Assembly: GCA_024626585.2 (NCBI GenBank)
Contig: JANKJI020000004.1
Coordinates: 90,527,062-90,550,767, forward strand
Length of the DNA: 23,706 nucleotides
Direction of reading: 5' to 3'
DNA from: Ginkgo biloba
Lineage: Eukaryota > Plantae > Ginkgophyta
A model generated the notes under the pieces. That model was given only the letters and a program-made list of their open reading frames with translations. It had not been told where the DNA came from and searched no databases. Both the position numbers and the translations under genes were made by a program. Below are positions 10,823 through 19,970 of the stretch, piece after piece; the first letter of the stretch is position 1, and each line of letters starts with the position of its first letter.

Positions 10823-11671
10823 AGCTTCATGTCATCTGAGATAAAAATATGATTGAGTGGAGCTTGCTAACAGATGCACCAATTACAATTGGACCATTTC
10901 ATAAAAAATATAACTTGACATGCCAACTACAACTAGACCATTAACATTGCATGGGATGACTACATTATTCTATTATATTTTACTCTTTTAGATTATTAAC
11001 CTCACACTCGAATTTTATTGGTGACTCCATTATTTTATTATTTTATAGAGTTATGGTCAATAAAATCATGCATTCCTAAAACATTCCTTATATTTTTTCA
11101 TTTATAAAATCTCTAAATTGAGTTCGCAAGCACATGCAAAGTGTTTTTAGTGATGAGTAAGAACATCAAGGAAAAACATAGGGAAGATTAACCTTACCCC
11201 TCCAAGAAACCAAGCAAGCAAGAAGCTAATTACTTGTAGTATATGAATCCAATTAAACACTATTAAATAACTTGGAGATTAGTATTGCATTGACTAAACA
11301 ACAGTGAAAATAAAAATGAAGACGTGTCATTACCTGATGTTGCAAAGAAAGGAGCGTCATATTTTCACTAAGAAGATGTTGTTGTAGAATTAAATGCCAA
11401 AATTTTATTCCAAACCTTTAAACGACAACTTTTTCAAATTCTAGTAGATATGTTATTCAACTTTTATAATGTAGAGAATAGATTTTGAGTTCCACACAAT
11501 CCTACGAACATGGAGTGAGGAATTTAACTAACATGGAGTAGATGCCCTATTAGAATGAAGCTTGATCAAAATGGACTTCTAAGCTCATGTTGTAAATTAA
11601 AACTGCTTCTAGCTGATAGCTCCCAATGACATTTTATAGACATAATCGCGATGACGTTAGGTGTATGTTTG

Positions 11672-11881
11672 GTCCACTATTTGAGAATTGGTCATTTTTG
11701 TTGGAGTCTCTTATGACTTCACCAATCAGCATGTTTGGGTTTAGACATTTGTTGATATGACAGATGTTGGACTATAGACGCTAAGGCAGAGCCTCTATGA
11801 TAGACTTGCTATGCAATCCTTGGCCCATAACCCACCATGTATGACATCCTCTTTAGGTTATCTTCCCAATATGTAGTCAAC
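11672..11881 (-). pseudogene. Glycoside hydrolase family 9 (endo-1,4-beta-glucanase) terminal-exon fragment with frameshifts and a stop
   Basis: Minus strand: ttgatttggcAG|VDYILG(fs)DNLKRMSYMVGYGPRIA*QVYHRGSALASIVQH...LNPNMLIGEVIRDSNKNDQFSN. This matches plant GH9 QVDYILGxNPxxMSYMVGYGxxxPxxxHHRGSS...PNPNxLxGAVVGGPxxxDxFxD. Confidence 0.92.
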
Positions 11882-12533
11882 CTGCCAAATCAAAATTTAT
11901 TTCTATGAAGATATTCTTAAGGCTTTAGCTATAAGCGTATAAGAGGCATTCACCAAGGTTTAACACCAAATATTATTGTGATGGTCGTCATATATTAGAT
12001 GTTCTTTATATAAATTATGTAAGAAGCATTGATAAAGAATGATGTTTTAAGCTATATAAGTTTATACTTAGAATATATTGATAAATTCACAAATGATGTT
12101 TATTTATGGATGGATAATTTTTCTACAAGATAGAGGGTTAAAAAATTTAATAGAGGCATTTTAATTCACTAAATTAGACATTTTAAAGATTGAATGATTT
12201 CGATAGTTACTGAGGTAAATTTATGTAATTCGTGCTAAAGACAATGCTTGCACTATTGAAAGAATGGGAGTTGGTGGACATAAAGTTACATAAAATGATG
12301 ATACTATTTTAGAACCTTCAATTCTATATCAACATACTTGCAAATAATATTGAGTTGAACACGTTAAACTAGGATTTTCAAGAAGGTGATTGAACATCAC
12401 TTCAATTCATCATATTTTAGATGCATACTAGTCATTACCCATGGTAAATAGTTGCCATGGGTCCCATCCCTCTATTTGTATTCCGTTCCCCTTTTCCCAT
12501 TTCACGTTCTTCCATTTTTTGTTGTTTTACCTC

Positions 12534-12695
12534 GCATATCATGGGAATGCTTGCACAAAAAATCTTAAGTGTAGAGTTCCATCTGCTATGAGTAAGAAAT
12601 CCTCCCACAGATGGGTGAAAAAGAACCTTTGTTTGAGGTGCCCAACCCACAAAGAAACTGTATTTTTTTGTTCTATTAAAAAATTGACGAGGGAC
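12534..12695 (-). pseudogene. UDP-glycosyltransferase (family 1) PSPG-box fragment, copy B, within ORF 12435..12764
   Basis: [54 protein letters not shown] matches the PSPG consensus [39 protein letters not shown]. It is truncated before WPxxxEQ. Confidence 0.92.
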
Positions 12696-13078
12696 AATCA
12701 TCGATATGATGAGGGAAAGATTCAAGAAATATGATGCAGGTAGTGCATCTGACAGACATATCAATGGTGAGCTGCATTTTAGCTACCTCTTTATTCTTTC
12801 TTTCTACACTTGGATGGTCTAAGTTATTTATATTTATGTATTTTCTATCTTCCAAGAGGGGGACGATATCTAAGAGGAGTTGGATTTAAGGTAAAACATG
12901 GGGGATTTTGCTCATATTAAGTGTGTTGTATATATTCACATATCACACTCAGTCAAATTTTTAAGAAAAAATCTCAATTTGTTTGAAGACCAAAAAAAAC
13001 TTAAGGGCATCGAATTACCTCACATCATCATAATGCCATAATCTACTGCGCTTTCAAGGTTCCACACACAATTCCTTA

Positions 13079-13325
13079 GTCACCACAATTGGCATAAAGC
13101 ATCTCATGTAAACATAACTCCTCTAGAACTGTCACCACTATTGGCATTAATCAATACTCAACCTCAAAATAATAGAACATCTCAACTCTACATAGTTCCT
13201 CCAGAACAGTCACCACGATTGGCATAAAGCATCTCAGCTCAATATAGCTCCTCTAGAGTAGTCACCATGATTGGCATAAAGCATCTCAATTCAACATATC
13301 TCCTCCGCAACAGTCACCACGATTG
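13079..13325. repeat. ~52-bp minisatellite (4+ units, one expanded to ~78 bp) inside the Helitron
   Basis: Units beginning gtcaccaYNattggcat at 13079, 13131, 13209, 13261 and a partial unit at 13313. Confidence 0.9.
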
Positions 13326-13493
13326 AGGTTCATGTCACTTGAGATAAAAATGTGATTGGGTGGAGCTTGCTAACAGATGCACCAACTACAACTGGACCAT
13401 TTAACAGAAAAAAAAACTTGACACGCTAACTGCAACTAGACCATTAACATTGGATGCGATGACTGCATTATTCTATTATATTTTACTCTTTTA

Positions 13494-13675
13494 GATTATT
13501 AACGTCACACTCGAATTTTATTGGTGACTCCATTATTTTATTAATTTTGGGGCTCGGGGTATTATTTTATTATTTTTATAGTGTTCTCGATTATTAACCT
13601 CATACTCGAATTTTATTAGTGACTCTATTATTATATTAATTTTGGGGCTCGTAGTATTATTATTTTATTATTTTG
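13494..13675. repeat. ~95-bp tandem duplication near the Helitron 5' end
   Basis: gattattaacStcaYactcgaattttattRgtgactc...aattttggggctcg occurs at 13494 and 13589. Confidence 0.85.
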
Positions 13676-15303
13676 AGCGGGCCAATATTTTTATAATTTT
13701 TACTGTCAGTTGAAGGAAATATTTTAGAAGTATGATATTTAAATGCTTAATAAGAGATTTTTAAGAGGCATATTTGGAAGAGGTACCATATACATATTTT
13801 CTTTCTCAAGGAGAGTAGAGCAATGGGATTTTGAGTTTGTTGATAGAGTAAACATAGAGCACACATTACATTTTGATGATATATCTTAATCGTAAAGAGT
13901 AGGTATAATTTGACTCTATATATCCCAGTAGTAAAGATTAGGATCATTAGATAATCACATTGCCTTGGGAAGGCCATTTATTACGAAGGTGACTAATTAT
14001 TTAGATGTAAGGTTTATATATTTACCTGTATTTAATGTTGTTATATTTTTTTTAAATTAAGATGTAAGGTTTATAGATCTTTAATATATTATTGTATATT
14101 CATAGTTGATGCAACCATGAAAAAGAATTCTTATTATTCTAGCAAGTATTGCAATTTGAAAGAGGCTTCTCAATGTTAAATAGGATTAAAAACATTGACA
14201 AATCAAGATTTTTTTTATTGAATACATTAGACATGCATATGCTTCTATATCTCTTTGTAAACCTAATGCATTACATGAGCATTACATGAGGTAGATTAGG
14301 GTCAAATTTAAAAGGCTTGTCAATGGATGAAAACTACAAAGCCTCTTCCATCACGTTAATATAAATATTATTTTAAATTATATGTAAGTTTTAAGATTTT
14401 AAAACAAATATAGAGGGAGCTTCAAAAACCATGTCTTTATAATTAGTCTTTAGTGAGTTAATTCTAATGTTTTTAATATTGTCAAATATAACAANNNNNN
14501 NNNNNNNNNNNNNNNNNNNNNNNNNNNNNNNNNNNNNNNNNNNNNNNNNNNNNNNNNNNNNNNNNNNNNNNNNNNNNNNNNNNNNNNNNNNNNNTAATTG
14601 ATGGTTGAGGTATCTTGGTAATGGGGACACCTATGCTTCCTTGGTAATGGGGGAAGTCTATTGGACCACTATTTTGAGGAGGTATCTCTCAGTTGAATAG
14701 AGAGAGAGTCCTAGTGCCTAAAGGTAGACCTTAGCACTCTTCTAGTTATAGGGGTGTGGACTTATGATGATGGGGTCGAGGGTGAACCTTTATGGTGCCC
14801 AAGGTTTGGTTGGCAGTTTTGGTGAATTCCTCTAGGAGTTTATCATCCTCATGCCCAAAAGTGGTGTATCTTATTCATAACAGTCCTACATTGGAGTTTA
14901 TCAGTGAGTCACGATTGATGCATTAGGGTTTATACATTTGAATATGATTATGTTTGATGATTTGACTCATGAAATTAGACTTTGTAAATCAATTTTATTC
15001 GATGTGCTTATTTATATGAATATATACAATGATAAAGATAATGGTTATGCTTTATTATGGAAAGTTTTATATAAATTGATAACCAAAGTTGCAGGCTTAA
15101 GGTGGGGGTTGTTACATTTTGGATCCTCTTATCTTTTTTAATTCCAGTAGTTTAATTTCCTTTTCCTAATTCCAATTTTTCTCTTCTCAAAAGGGGAGTA
15201 CTTAGGATGGAATAAGATATATGTTATCCAAGGGAATAATTACATATTTCATGAGCAATTTTATTGTGAGTTCTTTGTCCATGTAATAGGCAAAGGCCTA
15301 CAA

Positions 15304-15630
15304 TTTTCTAAGTTCTCACCTATGATTCTACCAAGGGGCAGTTAGCAAAGTATTGAGGGAGCGGGTCACTTATAATATTCTCTTCACCAGGCATTATCCT
15401 GTGAATTTCTAGGTTCTCACCTATGATATCACCAAGGGTCACTAGCAAATTATTGAGGTAGTGGCTCACTTGTGATGTTCTCTCCACCAAGCATCAGCCT
15501 GTGACTTCTAGGTTCTCATATGCGATTTCACTAAGGGGTAGCTAGCAAAGTCTTGAGGCAGTGGCTCACTTGTGATCTTCTCTTCATCAGGCATCAACAT
15601 GTGACTTTCTAGGTACCCACCTATGATGTA
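15304..15630. repeat. ~100-bp tandem repeat, ~3.3 diverged copies before a gap
   Basis: ttctaRgtWc units at 15306, 15407, 15506 and 15607 with shared tagcaaa...ttgagg...tcactt cores. Confidence 0.9.
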
Positions 15631-15759
15631 ACCAACCAGACGCTTGGGATACCANNNNNNNNNNNNNNNNNNNNNNNNNNNNNNNNNNNNNNNNNNNNNN
15701 NNNNNNNNNNNNNNNNNNNNNNNNNNNNNNNNNNNNNNNNNNNNNNNNNNNNNNAGATA

Positions 15760-16800
15760 AAAATATCACATTTCAACACAAATAAAGAGACCAAGAATAC
15801 CATAAAGAAGGCCTATCTTTGCTCCAGATAAATTCTTAGCACATCCATGAGAGACATACCAGAGAAAATTGAATATAATTCATTAATAATAGAATATCGA
15901 TTCCATTTGGTTAGTTGAGGAAGAGGTCTTATAAAGTCAATACAAATAGGCCCAGTAGGCATATTTCTTCTAGGATAAATCTCTAAAGAAAAATAAGGTC
16001 CCTAAGGAGAAGTGGAAGGGTGAGTAAGATCAGAAGGATGGACTACCTCTTTATGAGAATGAGCTCGAGTGGTAACCATGACTTCCTCATATTTTATGGG
16101 AACTACATCAAGAAGGGTGATAACCATAGAATTTCCTTTAGGATCCTTAGATGATTTGGGAGCAAGTGGTGTCATTTTGGAGTTGCAGACTTTTGAACTA
16201 TTAGTGGCCTACCTATAGTGGACCACCAACTTCTTATTTTTGGAAGTTTCTCCTTTTTCTGTGGAAGAAGAAGAGGCAATGGATGGTGAGAAATAAGTCT
16301 TTACTTTTTGTATTATTATTATTCTTATGAGATTTAGATTTATTTCTCTTAGTTTTAGGATTATGGTTAGGGAAAGGATATTGATAAATCTACAACTCTT
16401 CATTTGGTTGGAGATAGGATGCTTTGAATTGGATAAGAGCCTCTGCAACTTCTAGAGTGTAAAAAAATTATCTTGGTTATGACTAACGAATTTATGATAA
16501 TCGCACCAATTTGTGTAATCAAAGGAAATATAGAAGTTTGGGTGGAGGAGAACCCTTAGGTGAAGACTTTGAATCCTTCTCTATCAGATAGATCATTTTG
16601 GTCTCATTCTTTTGGCTTTCATCTCTATTTCCAAATGACCTATTTGAGGGAAAGGGCTTGGAGTGACTTATAATGGTGCTCTTGATCTATCAAATGGCAT
16701 AGGTGATAGGGTCCAATAACTTATCACTTGGATGATAACATCTAGAGTTAGTAACTACATCATTGATGGTGACTAGAAATATTTAATCATTTTCACACCA
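15760..16800 (-). mobile_element. Degenerate Ty3/gypsy gag remnant (non-chromovirus, Tat/Ogre/Athila-like)
   Basis: Minus strand ~16525-16435 reads FDYTNWCDYHKFVSHNQDNFFTL*KLQRL (decayed Cx2Hx4Hx4C gag knuckle). ~15905-15800 reads YSIINELYSIFSGMSLMDVLRIYLEQR*AF (gag-protease linker pattern). Many stops. Confidence 0.65.
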
Positions 16801-18014
16801 ACCTGAACCTCATAGGCCCCGATGGTCAATCATTTTTTATTGGAATCCTAATAGAAAGTGGGACTCATATTTAATAACTTAAAATGAACTTCATATATTA
16901 TTGTATTTATGAACAAATCATATGACTATCAGCTAACAAAAGGATTTTTTCATGTGTAAACTAAGGATTTTTAATTTATTTTCCAATTTCTCATCACAAT
17001 CAAAGAAAAGACACATAAAGAGAAACTAGAACATTAATACTTGAATTTATGGGGAAATGGTGGATCATGAAGTTTATTATAGAATCCCAAATGCATTATG
17101 TCTCCTCCTTTTGGTTCCCTCCTTCAATATAGCATTCAACATCATGACAAAAAAGTGTAGAGAACATCATTAATCCATAGAAATCTCACCATAATGTTCC
17201 AAGCATTAGACACCATCAAGAATAAGAGTTCAAGGTAAGTACTAGAAATATTTTAAAAATAACAAGGCTTACAAGAGGTTTCATCAAGGTAGGCAACCCA
17301 AATGAAGGAAGGGCAGAGGGTAGGGACTAGAAAATCAATATAAAGATACTATGGTAGATCTTGTGAATGATCCTCCAAGGGGAATTTTGGTAGCATAACC
17401 CTACATAATCCAATTACCTCCCATTAAGTCTATATAGGGATCAATTTATAGATGTAGGAAAGGAATGCTCACTAATTAGGCCCCTACACCTAGAATTTAT
17501 ATGAATTTAGGCCTTGTGACATAAAGGAAAACTTGTCCATCTATAAAATAGACAAGGCATTTGGAAGTCTTTGAATTTATTTATTTTTTTAATCATAAAT
17601 GGACAACATCACCTAAAGGTGACTAGTTGCAAGTATAATTGCTTAAGGCCATTCTCTTAAATGACATAATGTAATAGGGCACACTGAGAAGCAATGCTTA
17701 GTGCAGATAATTAATGTAGGCCCCACTATCTATAAAATTCAAAAAAGGAAAAAATAAGGACATGATGAGGAGAAAAGAAGGTTAATTAATCATATGAAAG
17801 GGATTCAAATAGTTTCTAAAGGGGTGATGAATATTTCTGAGTGACGAAGAGGGTCCAAGGGAGCAATAGCAATGAAATATACTTGTAACAACTAATTGAC
17901 AACCCATTTTACTAACAATAGAAAAATAATATATAATACGCACAATAAGGCACAATTATTTCTTCAATAACCTAATGTACCCAAGATTTTATTTCAAGAT
18001 CCATAGACATCCTC

Positions 18015-19970
18015 TCATTACAAAAATATGGTTTTTTCAATCAAAACCATAATTTTTTGATATATTTAAAAATATTAAAACTTACATATCATTTAAAATA
18101 TTGTCTATATTAACTTGATGGAGGAGGTTTTGGATTTTTCATCCATTGCCAAGCCTCATAAATTTGTCCCTAATATGCCTTATGTAATGCATGATGTACA
18201 CAAATAGAGATAGATGCATGTCTAAAGTATTAAACAAAAACTTGAATTTTCAACATTTTTAATCCTCTTTAGCTTTGAGAAGCCTCTTTCATATATTGCA
18301 ATACTTTCTTGAATAATAAGAATATTGTTTCATGGTTGTATCAACTATGAATATCCAATAATGTATTCTAAATCATCTCTACATTATTCCCATGCTCAAA
18401 GAATATACTTTTTAAGATATGAACCATAAAGAGAAACAACAATCCCATCTATTTCACCCATGCATATGGTATTATCAACTATTAGGTAGTGTCCAACATC
18501 AAACTTTCCATACATATATAAGAAGTGAGAACCATTCATATGTTTGACATTCTATTTTATTCACCTCCTCAAAATAATCATGAAGAAAAAAAATTAAGTG
18601 CATTAAATATACGTAAATATATGAACCTTACATCTATATAATTAGTCACCTTCGTAATAAATATCCTTCCCAAGGAAATGTATCATCCAATGCTCATAAT
18701 ATTCATGAATAGGATATATAGCTTCAAATTGTAGCTAATCTTTATGAGTGGTAATATAGCCTCAAATTATAATGTGTCTACTATATTTACTCTATCAACA
18801 AAATCAAAAGTCCCTTGATCTAATCTCCTTAAAAAATAATACATGTATATGGTACCTCTTCCAAATATGCCTCCTAAAAATATCTTATTAAGAATTTAAA
18901 TACCTACATCTAAAATATGATGAATTGAAGTGATGTTAAATCATCTTCTTGAAACTCCTAGTATAACATGTTCAATTCAATAATATTTTCAAATACATTA
19001 ATATAGAATTGAAAGTTTTAAAATATTATCACCATTTTATGTAACTTTGTGTCCACCAACTCCCATTCTTTTAATAGTGCAAGTATTATATTTAGTAAGC
19101 ATTACATAAATTTACCTTGTCAACTATCTAAATTAGTGAATATGCATAACCTATAACTTAGAGAATTGAAATGCCTCTATCAAAAATTTTAAACTCTCTA
19201 TGTCTTATAGAAAATTTATTCATCCATAAATAAACATTGTTTATGATCTTATTGATCAATAAATTCTAAGTATAAATTTAAATAGATTAAAATATCATTT
19301 ATTATCAATGCTTTTTACATAAATTATACAGTGAATATCTGTTATGTGAGGGCAATTAAGACAATATTTATTTATTAAACATTGGTGAATTACTCTTCTA
19401 GGATTATAGCTAAAGCCTTAAAAATACCTAAATAAAATGTATCTTGATTTGGCAGGATGACCACATACTAGGAGAAAACCTAAGGAATATGTCATATGTG
19501 GGGTTATGGGCAAAGGATTCCATATCATGTCCATCATAAAGGCTCATCCTTGTCATCTATAGTCCAACATCCATAATTCATTTCATCATTCCCTCTACAA
19601 TAGTTCTCTAAACCCAAACATTCTAGTTGGAGCAGTCATTGGAGGCCCCAACAACATAACAATTCTTAGACAATGGACTACACTAGGCATAATAGGTATG
19701 TGCATTCACACTAAACACCTAACACTATCGTAGTTATATCTCTCAAACATCATTAGGAGATATCAACTAGAAGTCATTTTTATTTACAACATGATATTGG
19801 AAGTCCATTCTATTTAATCTTCATTCTTATAGGGAATCTACTCCACATTCGTCAAATGCCTTGATCCATGTTGGAAGGATTATGTGGAGCTCCAAAAAAA
19901 TGCATGTTTCACTTTCAAAAATTTGAATAACATATCTAGTGGAATTTGGGAAAGTTATCACTCGATGAAT
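18015..19970 (+). mobile_element. Composite GH9-fragment-carrying repeat, copy 3 (inverted relative to copies 1 and 2; no Helitron insertion; cut by an LTR element)
   Basis: Reverse complement aligns to ~11420-12427 plus 13736-14445 (e.g. tatatggtacctcttccaaatatgcctc; tgtccaccaactcccattcttt). Confidence 0.85.
19456..19677 (+). pseudogene. GH9 endoglucanase terminal-exon fragment, copy 3
   Basis: ttgatttggcAG|[15 protein letters not shown](fs)[24 protein letters not shown]...(fs)LNPNILVGAVIGGPNN...QFLDN. Confidence 0.92.

Larger units (their letters stand above)
10025..11050 (-). mobile_element. Partial duplicate of 12204-13585: host-repeat flank (10025-10248) plus Helitron 3' end (CTAG 10249-10252, hairpin 10258-10283), internally deleted
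   Basis: Constant offset of 2179 bp to the downstream copy over ~465 bp with only ~6 mismatches. It lacks ~12680-13005 and then resumes at lower identity. Confidence 0.85.
12428..13735 (-). mobile_element. Non-autonomous Helitron (~1.3 kb) carrying a UGT fragment and minisatellites
   Basis: The minus-strand element starts TC (TCATACTTCTAAAATA; plus GA at 13734-13735) and ends CTAG (12428-12431). A subterminal hairpin (acccatggtaa-atag-ttgccatgggt, 12437-12462; 11-bp stem, one mismatch) lies 5 nt from CTAG. Inserted between A and T; the empty site is visible in the inverted copy at ~18890-18920. Confidence 0.8.
11318..14445 (-). mobile_element. Composite GH9-fragment-carrying repeat, copy 2 (interrupted by the Helitron at 12428-13735)
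   Basis: Segments ~11420-12427 and 13736-14445 align to the reverse complement of 18015-19970 and join seamlessly across the insertion. 11318-11708 aligns to 6451-6837. True termini were not identified. Confidence 0.85.

Noticed and set aside
12412-13728. 10-bp direct repeat atattttaga as a Mutator-type TSD
   Set aside because: No terminal inverted repeats. TC...hairpin-CTAG ends at an A|T site explain the insertion better and restore the empty-site length.
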